Below are positions 26,307-37,867 of a DNA stretch of 64,000 nt, piece by piece (positions within the stretch are counted from its first letter, which is position 1; every line of letters begins with the position of its first letter). This DNA comes from a virus, in the IMG/VR virus record IMGVR_UViG_3300025652_000032, positions 32,001 to 96,000 of that record; one strand, 5' to 3'. The position numbers and the translations under genes are program-made. A model generated the notes under the pieces. The model saw only the letters and a program-made list of their open reading frames with translations, was not told the origin of the DNA and made no database searches.

Positions 26307-27788
26307 TCAGTCAGCAGCGTATACTGAACCGTCACCAAGGCCATGCAGGTTATCTACACGGAAGATTCGGTAATACTGGTTGATACGAACCGAACTGCTC
26401 GGATCTGCGTTCGAGACGAACGGGTTGTTTACCAGTCCGTAACGAGTCTTAAATCCGATCTTCGGCTGGAAGGAGTTCTCACCAACCGCACGAACCATCT
26501 GGAGTGGAACGTATGGGCAGTAGAACATACCAGCATCGTAAGGTGAAGTACCTCTGTAACCGACTGCAACGAAGTTCTTCGAAACAGAGTCAGTACCTGC
26601 ACCTGCGTATGGATCGACGTAAACCTTCATCTTACCGTTGAGGACACCAGCGAAAGTGCTGGCAGTGTCATCGACGTTAAGGTTGACGTTGAGAGCAGGT
26701 GAGATGTTGAGGAATCCACCCATTGCGAGGGCAGAAGCAACGTCTGCGGAACAGACGATGAAGTTACCCTTACCGCGTCGAGTTTCCTTAGCGATTACGT
26801 TTGCTTCACGTTCGATCTGGAACATGAGTCCACGGAATCTTTCAGCACTCCAACGACCGTCGGAGTCAGCATCTAAGTCGTAGATACCACCGAATGCAGC
26901 GGTCGCACCTGCGTGTCCAACGAGGTTAGCAGCAGTAATACCTACGGTCTTACTACGAAGATCGAGGTGCTGGGCACCAAGTTTCGCCTGACGATAGATG
27001 GTTCGAACGACTTCGCGGTTGATTTCAGCAAGGATTTCCGTGCTGAGAATGTTTGCGAGTTCAGTCTCTGCATCTAAACCGTGAACCGCCTTGAGATCCT
27101 GAGCGAGTTCAGTGGTGTACTCTGCCTTGAGGGCGCGAGTCTTAGCAACAACCGATGTTCTCTCGATAGAGAATGCCATCTCGTTGAATGCTTGTCCACT
27201 TGTACCGAGGTTTTCTGCTTCGGTAGTTGTCATTCCAGTACCAGCGTCAAGACCAGTTGCTGGAACGGTAGTTGCACTGTCACCAACACCATAACCCAGA
27301 AGTGGGTCAGCAGTGATACCACTGGTAACAATACCTGCGTGGCCAGCAGTGAGTCCTGCGAACTTGGTTGCTGGTTCGTTGAAGAGTGCCTCTTCACCGC
27401 TCTGATTGATGTACTTGCTCTTCATTGCAAAGATAAGTCCGGTAGGACCTGTCATTGGTTGCACACCACAGATGTCGTATGCCATCAGGTTGGGCATAGC
27501 ACGACGAACGAGAGAGATAAGAATTGGATCGTATCCCTGCATGTTCGAGTTACTGTTGTTTGCAGCAAGACCAAGACCACCTTGGCTAGCGTTAGCAGGT
27601 GCTTCCGAGATGAACTCTCGTCCCTCGGCATGTGCCTGTTCACGAAGAGCATTCTCTTCGTTCTCAAGAAGAATCGCAGTTACGTTCCTCTTATAGTTGT
27701 CGTCGATCGACGGAAGATCTGAATGTTCAAGAAGTGGTTTCCACTTCGAGGTTAATTCGTCTACATTGAATGTGTTATTCGGGTCCAT
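26307..27788 (-). CDS. gp23: Major capsid protein
   Basis: DPILISLVRRAMPNLMAYDICGVQPMTGPTGLIFAM, LKAEYTTELAQDLKAVHGLDAE, FYCPYVPL. Confidence 0.99.
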   Translation of the reverse strand: MDPNNTFNVDELTSKWKPLLEHSDLPSIDDNYKRNVTAILLENEENALREQAHAEGREFISEAPANASQGGLGLAANNSNSNMQGYDPILISLVRRAMPNLMAYDICGVQPMTGPTGLIFAMKSKYINQSGEEALFNEPATKFAGLTAGHAGIVTSGITADPLLGYGVGDSATTVPATGLDAGTGMTTTEAENLGTSGQAFNEMAFSIERTSVVAKTRALKAEYTTELAQDLKAVHGLDAETELANILSTEILAEINREVVRTIYRQAKLGAQHLDLRSKTVGITAANLVGHAGATAAFGGIYDLDADSDGRWSAERFRGLMFQIEREANVIAKETRRGKGNFIVCSADVASALAMGGFLNISPALNVNLNVDDTASTFAGVLNGKMKVYVDPYAGAGTDSVSKNFVAVGYRGTSPYDAGMFYCPYVPLQMVRAVGENSFQPKIGFKTRYGLVNNPFVSNADPSSSVRINQYYRIFRVDNLHGLGDGSVYAAD

Positions 27789-27824
27789 TGTTGTGTTCTC
27801 CTTGTTTCCTTTTAAACACTTTTT

Positions 27825-27832
27825 TATTTATG
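27825..27832 (-). promoter_or_regulatory. Late promoter CATAAATA upstream of gp23
   Basis: One mismatch to TATAAATA, intergenic. Confidence 0.7.
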
Positions 27833-27843
27833 TTTGAGTAAAT

Positions 27844-29100
27844 TTACGAAACTTTGTTTGGTGATGAAGTTCTACTGATTGCTTGTGAATACAATGACAT
27901 TACAGGATCTGTGATTGGATCTTGCACAGTTTCCTCTGAATCTGTCTGGGGTGCTTCATTGAAGAGTTCGGTCTTCTTTGAAAATGCATGAGTACCAAAG
28001 TAACTTTCTTTAATTACGTTGATCTTCTCCCGGTACTGATCTTCTGTCTCGTACTCAATTCCTTCGACTAACGAACGAAGTTTCTCAACCTCGGTGTCCG
28101 CTAAGTCTCTTGATACCTCAGAGAACACACCATCACAGGTGGACTCTAAGATGTCCTTACGGAGTTCTACATTGTTTGTGATCTGCTCATTGAGCGAATC
28201 TTCGAGATCGCTAACCTTGGTTGCGAGTTCTTCAATCAGATCAGTCTTCTCATCGGGGACATCAATGTATGATTCCTCGAAGAGATTCTTGAGTCCGACC
28301 ATGAAGTCTTCGGCGATTTCGGTTCTAAGACCGTTGGTGATTGCGAGTTCATTATCCTTCATCCACTGTTCTACAACATAACCCAGATAATCATCTACTT
28401 TAGTTGTCAACTCATCAGTGATTGACTCAACTTGCTCTGCGAGTTGAGTGTTGTGGTTCTCAGTTAACTCCTCTTCGATTGCAGTGACTCTTTCGTTTAC
28501 TGCTGCTTCGAAGATGGTAGTTGCCTTTGTACGGAAGTCTTCGGTAAGTTCTTCACCAGTGAAGAGAGCGTCAATATGCTCCTTCATGTTTGGTTTCTCA
28601 ACCTTACCCTTACCCTTTTTACCGGCAGGAACATCAGTTGCTTTCTTACCATCAGTTGCCTGGTTGTCGTCAACGTCAAGAATAGTCTTTGCGACGTTCT
28701 TTGCTTGATCCATGTCGGCAGTTTCTTCGACTTCTTCCTTGTCGTCGTCATCGTCTTCACCCTTTTTCTTCTTCAAGTTCTTTACGAACTGGGGTGGGAC
28801 TTTGCCTTCTTCGACTTCCTTATCTTCATCCTCGTCCTCGTCCTCGTCTTCCTCTTTCTTCATCTTAGAAGCGTTCATTTTACCGTAACCTTCTTCGACC
28901 TTAGCGAGTTCTTCTTGAAGACGTTCTGTGATCTCTTCGGATGAAAGAGTCTTCCAATCAGAAAGTGCTTCTGCGATATCATCGTCAGATGCACCATTGT
29001 TTTTCATAAGGGTATGCATCTTGGCCATCTGAAGACCAAGATCTGAGTCAGACATCGATTCGTCTAACTGAACTTCTTTTTCTGTGTTATTAGTAGCCAT
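27844..29100 (-). CDS. gp22: Prohead core scaffolding protein
   Basis: FTGEELTEDFRTKATTIFEAAV, VDDYLGYVVEQWM, GLRTEIAEDFM. Confidence 0.93.
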   Translation of the reverse strand: MATNNTEKEVQLDESMSDSDLGLQMAKMHTLMKNNGASDDDIAEALSDWKTLSSEEITERLQEELAKVEEGYGKMNASKMKKEEDEDEDEDEDKEVEEGKVPPQFVKNLKKKKGEDDDDDKEEVEETADMDQAKNVAKTILDVDDNQATDGKKATDVPAGKKGKGKVEKPNMKEHIDALFTGEELTEDFRTKATTIFEAAVNERVTAIEEELTENHNTQLAEQVESITDELTTKVDDYLGYVVEQWMKDNELAITNGLRTEIAEDFMVGLKNLFEESYIDVPDEKTDLIEELATKVSDLEDSLNEQITNNVELRKDILESTCDGVFSEVSRDLADTEVEKLRSLVEGIEYETEDQYREKINVIKESYFGTHAFSKKTELFNEAPQTDSEETVQDPITDPVMSLYSQAISRTSSPNKVS

Positions 29101-29131
29101 TTAAAATGCTCCTTTATTTGTTACTACGACC

Positions 29132-29139
29132 TATTTATA
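29132..29139 (-). promoter_or_regulatory. T4 late promoter TATAAATA
   Basis: Exact consensus upstream of gp22. Confidence 0.85.
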
Positions 29140-29150
29140 TATTTGGGGTT

Positions 29151-29792
29151 TTAGAGTCTACTTAAAAAGTCCTTGAATGCGTTTAGTTTTGTTTCATTGA
29201 GTTCGGCAGAAGATGCTGAACTAATCATCTTCTGATAACTGTCGATAACCTGTTCTCTCATGAGTCCGTTATCCCAAACCCATTGCTTACCTTCCATGAT
29301 TCCGTTAACGAAAGCATCTGGTGCAGATGGGTCTGCCACAATGTCTACAGCAGATAACATGAAGTCCTTCTGAACTTCATTAACTCCGCCTCTTTCTTTC
29401 AAGGTTCCCATACCACGAGACGATACACCTAACTTTGCTCCCTCATCCATCAGATTTTTTACGATCTTTCCGTATGGGGTTTCTAGGATTTTCGCCTTAC
29501 CAATGATATTGTCATTTTCTTCACGAAGGTCGTTGATGATGTGGGACACACGTTCCAGATTGACCGTCGGTCCTTCTGGATGCCCTAATTCACCCATTGC
29601 TCGATTCTTCTGTACATACTCTTTATTATATCGCCTTACTTCATCAAGAAGAGTCTTCTTGGGATATACTCTTCCGTTGCGATTTTTCTTTTCTGCCTGC
29701 ATGAAGATGCCTTCAATGAAGTATTGCTTCTCTCCATTTTTCTCTTCAGTCAGAAATCTAACGTCTTCAGTTGTCTCGGTGATAAGAAACAT
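29151..29792 (-). CDS. gp21: Prohead protease
   Basis: GIFMQAEKKNRNGRVYP, GELGHP, GVSSRGMG, DIVADPSAPDAFV. Confidence 0.98.
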   Translation of the reverse strand: MFLITETTEDVRFLTEEKNGEKQYFIEGIFMQAEKKNRNGRVYPKKTLLDEVRRYNKEYVQKNRAMGELGHPEGPTVNLERVSHIINDLREENDNIIGKAKILETPYGKIVKNLMDEGAKLGVSSRGMGTLKERGGVNEVQKDFMLSAVDIVADPSAPDAFVNGIMEGKQWVWDNGLMREQVIDSYQKMISSASSAELNETKLNAFKDFLSRL

Positions 29793-30361
29793 TATTTGTT
29801 ATCTCCTATTGCCTTTTTACGGTCCTCTTTGTCCTGAAGACCCTTGATCTTTTCGTTGCTTCTTGCGATGGATTCTTTCTCTCTGGCAATTTCAGTTTCA
29901 ACACCTTCTTCAACCTTCGATGAATGCTTATCCATGAACTTCATCATTTCAGTATCATTCTTGAAAGTGAATTTATACTTTCCCTTACCGACCTTTTTAC
30001 CGCCAGCAGAAACACCATCGGCATCCTTCTTAAACTTTAAGGTTGTGGTGACTGCTTCGTCTACCTCAACCTCTTCGCTCTTGACTGCCTTCTTAACGGT
30101 CTTTCTTCTGTTGTGTAGATACTCATCGCTGCTATCTACATCACCATCGTTATCGATGTCTTTATCTTCACGATCATCGTGATCACCATCGAGTTCGTCG
30201 TGATCAACTGGATCTAACTTTTTCTTTTCGTCGATCGCTTGTGCCAACTCGAACTTCTTTGCTTCGATAGCATCAGTAATCTTTTCTTGCATGATCTGCT
30301 CAAATGCATCGGATGCTGCTTTGAGGTTGTCGATCATGATTGCTGGTACTAGTTTCTTCAT
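29792..30361 (-). CDS. Prohead core protein-like (gp67/gp68 position) with Asp-rich Ca-binding-like motif
   Basis: DKDIDNDGDVDSSDEYLHNRRK; position between gp20 and gp21. Confidence 0.55.
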   Translation of the reverse strand: MKKLVPAIMIDNLKAASDAFEQIMQEKITDAIEAKKFELAQAIDEKKKLDPVDHDELDGDHDDREDKDIDNDGDVDSSDEYLHNRRKTVKKAVKSEEVEVDEAVTTTLKFKKDADGVSAGGKKVGKGKYKFTFKNDTEMMKFMDKHSSKVEEGVETEIAREKESIARSNEKIKGLQDKEDRKKAIGDNK

Positions 30362-30402
30362 TTGGTGGTCCTTTTCGTGTATTTAATCTACCTAGTATAT
30401 AG

Positions 30403-30591
30403 TTATTCTGATGCCTCAACCTCGGGTTGTGCTTCAACTTCGGGTTGAACATGCATAGAATCCACCGAGATTTCTAGTCGTTTTTGGTGCAGTGCGTTTG
30501 ATGCCCTGTCATTCAGTCCATTTTCTATATGCTGCTTGAATGCATTTGCATTGTTTATCAGTGCAGCATCGATTGCTTTTCTAGAATCCAT
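30403..30591 (-). CDS. Small prohead core protein-like (gp67 position)
   Basis: MDSRKAIDAAL...VEASE with AAGGAG SD; the longer track ORF overlaps gp20. Confidence 0.55.
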   Translation of the reverse strand: MDSRKAIDAALINNANAFKQHIENGLNDRASNALHQKRLEISVDSMHVQPEVEAQPEVEASE

Positions 30592-32143
30592 CATCATCTC
30601 CTTCATCAGAATCAGAATCGATATCACCAGATGCCGTTTCTGATTTGATCTGTGTATCAATAAGTTTAATATCTTCTTCGCTTTGCTTGAGGATGTTCTT
30701 GCGGACATATTCGATCGAGTAATACTTGCCAATGTAATCGTCTACTGTCTGTAAGAGATCAATACGCTCTTTAAGAAGTTCGTTTTCCTTAAGTTCAGTG
30801 AAGTACGAGTCTTTGGTAAAGTCAAAGAAAATCACATCTTCATACTTTGCCCAATCATCCTCGGTAATAATACCTTTACTCATCAACTGAACTTTGAGAA
30901 GTACAGAGAATAATTCACTAAACTTCTTACGAAGTCTCTCGATGAACTTGAAGAACTTAACTTCGTCTCTTGTAATCTCAGAAGAACGACCCATGTTGAA
31001 TCCGTTCTCTGCTTCTAGTCTAGAGATCGGAACATTCAAGGACTTGTATAGTTTCTTCTGGAAGTACATTACGTCTTCCATCTCGCCTAGATTCTGTCCA
31101 CCATCCAGAGTTGTGATTTCGGTTCCCCGACCACCTTCTCTTCGCGGCATCCAGTAATCTTCAAGCATGGACTGGTGCCTATGTTCATCTCGCATTGCAC
31201 CAGTTGATGCATCATAAACCATTTTATTCTTATAGCGGTTCATGACATCACGCAGATATTGTTCTGCTTTGTTCTTTGGTAAGTTACCTACGTCAACGTA
31301 AAAGATTCTACGTTCAGGGGCCCTAGAGATCCTGTAAATAACAACCGCGTCTTCGATCATGCGAAGTTGATTGAGTGGTTTTATTGCCTTCTGTAGATAT
31401 CCAAGAACACGTTTCTTTGATGAATCAAACAATCCAGAATGACAATATGCAATAGAGTCAGGGGATACTTTGATTCCTTGCTCAGACAAAAGTTTATCTG
31501 ATGTGGTCGCCGTGTTAGATGTTACATCGTCGTTGTCGAGGTAGACATAAAATTCTTCTACAGAATCAATCAGGGAGATTCCAGATTTAGGATCAACCTT
31601 CTTGTTTACCTTGCGAATCTTCTTGATCTTAATCGGATCAACAGGACGCAATTCATGAATACCCTTTTTAGTATTAGACGGATCAAGGATAATGTGGAAG
31701 AATAATTTACCATCCACATACCATCTACGAAATATTTCATATCCCTTATTATAGAAATCAGTTGTCTTGAGAATGAAATCAAACTCTTCTCTAATTTTAT
31801 TCTTGATAGTCTCTGGTGCATCCAGATCATCAAGGTAAATTTCTACTGGTTTCTTGAACCCATCAAAGACAATAGACTCGTTGACGATATCGTCAACGGC
31901 CATTTCGACTTCAGCATGTAATGCCATGTCTCTATATTTTTTAATGAGATCTACATCATTCCTAGATGCACCCTCAAAGTCAACATAGTGATTTCCGAAA
32001 AAACCACCTGCTACAGATATAGCACCATCATCTGACTCGGGAGTAATGAAGGATTTTACTGGTTCCTTCTCTACTAGATCCGACTCAGATGAGTTGGTGT
32101 CTATCTTTCCACTTCGGGATATATTAAACCCAAATACTTCCAT
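30581..32143 (-). CDS. gp20: Portal protein
   Basis: FRRWYVDG, QLRMIEDAVVIYRISRAPERRIFYVDVGNLPKNKAEQY, EDYWMPRREGGRGTEITTL. Confidence 0.99.
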   Translation of the reverse strand: MEVFGFNISRSGKIDTNSSESDLVEKEPVKSFITPESDDGAISVAGGFFGNHYVDFEGASRNDVDLIKKYRDMALHAEVEMAVDDIVNESIVFDGFKKPVEIYLDDLDAPETIKNKIREEFDFILKTTDFYNKGYEIFRRWYVDGKLFFHIILDPSNTKKGIHELRPVDPIKIKKIRKVNKKVDPKSGISLIDSVEEFYVYLDNDDVTSNTATTSDKLLSEQGIKVSPDSIAYCHSGLFDSSKKRVLGYLQKAIKPLNQLRMIEDAVVIYRISRAPERRIFYVDVGNLPKNKAEQYLRDVMNRYKNKMVYDASTGAMRDEHRHQSMLEDYWMPRREGGRGTEITTLDGGQNLGEMEDVMYFQKKLYKSLNVPISRLEAENGFNMGRSSEITRDEVKFFKFIERLRKKFSELFSVLLKVQLMSKGIITEDDWAKYEDVIFFDFTKDSYFTELKENELLKERIDLLQTVDDYIGKYYSIEYVRKNILKQSEEDIKLIDTQIKSETASGDIDSDSDEGDDDGF

Positions 32144-32167
32144 TATGTAATATCCTTACTTGAATTA

Positions 32168-32734
32168 TCAGGCAGTGAGTTCGCCAGCGTTGCCATCGGT
32201 TGTTTCCCTTGTAGTCCAATACTGATAAGTAAGTGTGACTGGGAATTCGCCGATACCTGTCGTTGGATCGTTGTTTAGATCAACCGTTCCAATTTCAGAT
32301 GGCCAGCAACCAACAAAGTTATAACCCTTGCGTCGAATACCCTGTCTGTCTAACGAATAGACTTGCCAGTTCTGGTAGATTCCTGCACCACCGATTGGTT
32401 GTACAGTGAATGCACTAGAGTTATCAACATGCTGATTGATGAGACTAGACCATCTCTCGAACGAATCTCGAAGAACGAAGTCTTGATCTAAAAGAACACT
32501 GATTGACCAATCAGCGAACGATCTATCGCCTGGAATCTTTACGTTTCTACCACGGAATGGTACTTCCACGACACCCACTGAGGATGCTGGAAGTTGTGCT
32601 GTTCTAACTAAGAAGTTGAGTTGTTCTAATTCACCGTCTACTGGACCTACATTACCAACAACTTCAAAGAGGTTTGTACGAACACCACCACCCGCAAATT
32701 TTTGGATGAAGTTTTCGATGTTCTGAAATGCCAT
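32168..32734 (-). CDS. gp19: Tail tube protein
   Basis: GGGVRTNLF, VPFRGRNVKIPGDRSF, WPSEIG, FPVTLTYQYW. Confidence 0.95.
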   Translation of the reverse strand: MAFQNIENFIQKFAGGGVRTNLFEVVGNVGPVDGELEQLNFLVRTAQLPASSVGVVEVPFRGRNVKIPGDRSFADWSISVLLDQDFVLRDSFERWSSLINQHVDNSSAFTVQPIGGAGIYQNWQVYSLDRQGIRRKGYNFVGCWPSEIGTVDLNNDPTTGIGEFPVTLTYQYWTTRETTDGNAGELTA

Positions 32735-32774
32735 TTATTGTTTCTCCTGAAAGTGTTTTTATTACTTTATATGT

Positions 32775-32804
32775 AGTAGGGCCCCCGAAGGGGCCCATTC
32801 TACT
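32775..32804 (-). other. C(UUCG)G tetraloop hairpin between gp18 and gp19
   Basis: GGGCCCC-UUCG-GGGGCCC on the mRNA strand, extendable by AGUA/UACU; no U-tract. Confidence 0.8.
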
Positions 32805-32809
32805 TTTTA

Positions 32810-34834
32810 TTATCCTAGACCAACTTCGTCGAAATCGATACCAGATCGAGTTGCAATGAAGTTCAACTGAATGTAGTTGATCGATCTTGCTGGTTTAACG
32901 AAGATGTCTGCAACAAATTCATTTCTATCAATCACTTCGCCAGTGTTGTTTGTTTCGTCACATACAACTCTGAAGTCAGTGATACCTCTTCTACCTTGAA
33001 CTGTTCTGAGGAACGGAACAACCAAGTTTCTGAACTGCGCCCTTGTGAACTCATCGTTGAGTTCGAAGAGTTGGAACTTAGATGCAGAAGCGATTGCTTT
33101 CTCAAGAACAATGAACAATCTACGAACATTGATTCTATCGAAGGCACTTGCCTTAGTCTGCATTGTCTTATCACCAAACAGGACTGTTCCCTGTCCGGGG
33201 AATGACACAACTGGGTTGATGTTATTCTTATACAGTTCATCTCTGTGTGTCTTCGATGGGTTGAACCCGAGTCGGACTACACCACGGAGTTGTCCACGGT
33301 TAAATCCTGCTGGAGAGAACCATGCATCTGCAATCTCTTCTGTTCGTGCTGCAAGTCCGGCAATATCACCGTTTAGCGGAACGTGTCGAAGAACATCGTT
33401 GTAACGGTCAAGCATGACTTTCACGTTACCATCAATTACTGCATAAGAACTGTCCTTGTTGAGAGTGTCTCTCTTGTAGTCAACAACTGATTTAGTTGCT
33501 TCCTCGGCAGTCTTGTTCTTAAGATCTGCAACCGGGGGTGAGATGAATGCAACACAGTCCTTTCTCTTATCACAGAGATCGACGAGAAGTCCGTCTTTGA
33601 CTGCATTACCAGGTCCACCAAGAATGAGAGAAACATCAACTGTTTCTGGATCCTCGAACTGATCGTAACCATCGGTGTATAGTGCAGCAGCAGAAACACC
33701 TGATACCTGTCCTGCACCACCTGAAAGTGCCTTGTAGAACATATTGTCGAAACCTGTTCTAGCATCACCATTGGAGAGGAGAGCGAAATCTGTAGTTAAT
33801 CCTCCAGCACTATCAATACCAGTGAAGTCTGCTTTTCCGTAAACGTAGTCTGATCTATCGTTGACAGCGTTCTTCCAGAAAATTGAGTTTCCGTCTCCGT
33901 CCTTAGCATCTCTTGCCTTAGAAACACCTTCGAACTTCTCAAGGATTGCGCCCTTGACTCCAGTAAACAAACCATCTTCATCGACGATTGCGATGTTTAG
34001 TTCGTCACCAGATCCACCACGGAAATCTACATTAGTAGATGTGGTTGGTGTATTAACAAAGTCCTTTGCATACTTGTTGAAGATCTTGAGCGATGTACCA
34101 CTCGAAGTTGCTTGTGTAATTGCTGCATTAAGTGGTGGGAAAATTTCAATGTGTGAAAGTTCACTAACACCACCTACGGCGGCACCAGATCCTAACGTAG
34201 ATCCAGTAGAACCGTATCGAACAGTAAACTCTTCTGCATCAGCAGCACCACTCACACCAACAACGGTGTGTTCTCTTCTGTCATTAAACTTTAAGATGTC
34301 GCCCTTGTGTAGTTTAATATCACCACAGACACCTGTTACCGCCGCACCACTTGCTTTGAGTACCACAAAGTTTGAGTTGAGTCCAGCAGTCAGTCCGTGA
34401 AGACCGTTCGTAGAACCATCTCCATCAAAAACGTGGACTGCAATCGAGTTACCTCGTATACCGGGATACTTAGCAATGAATTGTGCGCCGGCCTGACCTC
34501 CGCCAGCATCAAACTCTCTGCGGTTTGCAACCTGCACTTGTGAACTTGACTCGGTATCTGCGTTCAACCATGTGCTATCAACTGCTCGAACGATCTGAAG
34601 GTTATTTCCATAACCTAAAAAGTTGGCAGCAGTGAACCAATATTCGTAGTTATCCTCATCTGGATCACCGAAGATCCGACGAAGAGTGTTCTCGCTATCA
34701 ATTAAAATTCTTGTTTTGGCAGGGCCCCATGCGAATGGAGCAGCGAATCCAGCAGCGGTTGTTGAAACTGCTGGTACGATCTGCGAAAGATCTTTTTCTG
34801 TGACGTTAACGCCTGGACTTACTTGGAATCCCAT
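32810..34834 (-). CDS. gp18: Tail sheath protein
   Basis: FQVSPGVNVTEKD, WFSPAGFNRG, GDKT, FDRINVRRLF, RGITDFRVVCDETNN, KPARSINYIQLNF. Confidence 0.99.
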   Translation of the reverse strand: MGFQVSPGVNVTEKDLSQIVPAVSTTAAGFAAPFAWGPAKTRILIDSENTLRRIFGDPDEDNYEYWFTAANFLGYGNNLQIVRAVDSTWLNADTESSSQVQVANRREFDAGGGQAGAQFIAKYPGIRGNSIAVHVFDGDGSTNGLHGLTAGLNSNFVVLKASGAAVTGVCGDIKLHKGDILKFNDRREHTVVGVSGAADAEEFTVRYGSTGSTLGSGAAVGGVSELSHIEIFPPLNAAITQATSSGTSLKIFNKYAKDFVNTPTTSTNVDFRGGSGDELNIAIVDEDGLFTGVKGAILEKFEGVSKARDAKDGDGNSIFWKNAVNDRSDYVYGKADFTGIDSAGGLTTDFALLSNGDARTGFDNMFYKALSGGAGQVSGVSAAALYTDGYDQFEDPETVDVSLILGGPGNAVKDGLLVDLCDKRKDCVAFISPPVADLKNKTAEEATKSVVDYKRDTLNKDSSYAVIDGNVKVMLDRYNDVLRHVPLNGDIAGLAARTEEIADAWFSPAGFNRGQLRGVVRLGFNPSKTHRDELYKNNINPVVSFPGQGTVLFGDKTMQTKASAFDRINVRRLFIVLEKAIASASKFQLFELNDEFTRAQFRNLVVPFLRTVQGRRGITDFRVVCDETNNTGEVIDRNEFVADIFVKPARSINYIQLNFIATRSGIDFDEVGLG

Positions 34835-34873
34835 TGTTTATTCTCCTTTAACGGCTGTTATGCTTAACGATAA

Positions 34874-34932
34874 TATTTATGAAAATACTATTTTCGCACC
34901 ATCACAAAATTACTTCTATACCTCTTATGTAG
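34874..34932 (-). promoter_or_regulatory. Tandem late-promoter-like elements (CTACATA 34926-34932; CATAAATA 34874-34881) upstream of gp18
   Basis: Both lie in the 101-bp intergenic gap. Confidence 0.55.
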
Positions 34933-34935
34933 GGA

Positions 34936-37003
<2,068 letters not shown>

Positions 37004-37018
37004 GATTAATTACTCCAT

Positions 37019-37867
37019 TCAATATGTATTACCTTGCGAGTCGATCGGTGGTCCAGCAGTCGATCCGGTTGCACCGAAGACATAGATGTTGGTTTCTGCT
37101 GTATACCCAGTGACAGTACCTGTTGCACCAGAAAGTCCGACATCAACGCGGGACAACGCACCTGTCGCGCCCTGAGAGGTTGCCCCAGTGGGTCCGTAAA
37201 TCCAATCGTTTAGTCCATCGTTGAAGAATACAGTCTTTGTTTGTCGGATAACCGAAGAGTTCTTCGTTGGACCAAAGCAGAAAGATTTTGCTGTGAAGTC
37301 GAAGTTTATCTGGATGTTTCTTCTCGAATCAAAATCACCCTCGTAGTCCTCGACAATAGACACATTATTGAGAATAATAGGAACATCTAATTTGTCATAT
37401 AAATCTGTGAAGTTGATTGAGACTGTAAACTCTGGAGTAAAGTAAGGCAGAATCTGTTCCATGATCTGCAAACCATCATCCATGTTTCGTGTAAACGCAG
37501 AGACAGCAAAGTTAAAGTTATATGGAACTTCCGCAAACGCATAATCGAGAGTAGATCCGGCACCAGTTTGAGTTGACTGTCTGCTCTTCGATAATGTGTT
37601 TCTTTTCCGTGTTGGATCATATGATACATCAGTGATCTCAAATCCAATTCTTGGTAAAGTGATTTCCGCCTTAGCAGAATCGCTCAAAGAATTGAAGTTG
37701 TTTAGTCGTGTGAGAAATTTTTCCTTTGGTCCGTATGATAAAGGAACCCGGATACGTTCTACTTCTGCACCTGAAGAATCACTCCGTGCAATAACAATGT
37801 CATTGAATAACGATCCGAACGCCACTACGGTTTTTCTTACGGAACTATTATAGAAATGTGTAAACAT
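37019..37867 (-). CDS. gp15: Tail terminator / sheath stabiliser
   Basis: VVAFGSLFNDI, VPLSYGPKEKF, LPRIGFEI, QILPYFTPEF. Confidence 0.95.
   Translation of the reverse strand: MFTHFYNSSVRKTVVAFGSLFNDIVIARSDSSGAEVERIRVPLSYGPKEKFLTRLNNFNSLSDSAKAEITLPRIGFEITDVSYDPTRKRNTLSKSRQSTQTGAGSTLDYAFAEVPYNFNFAVSAFTRNMDDGLQIMEQILPYFTPEFTVSINFTDLYDKLDVPIILNNVSIVEDYEGDFDSRRNIQINFDFTAKSFCFGPTKNSSVIRQTKTVFFNDGLNDWIYGPTGATSQGATGALSRVDVGLSGATGTVTGYTAETNIYVFGATGSTAGPPIDSQGNTY

Noticed and set aside
37022-37215. Collagen-like repeat interpretation of G-x-T tracts
   Set aside because: No sustained Gly-X-Y triplet register; the motifs are irregularly spaced.
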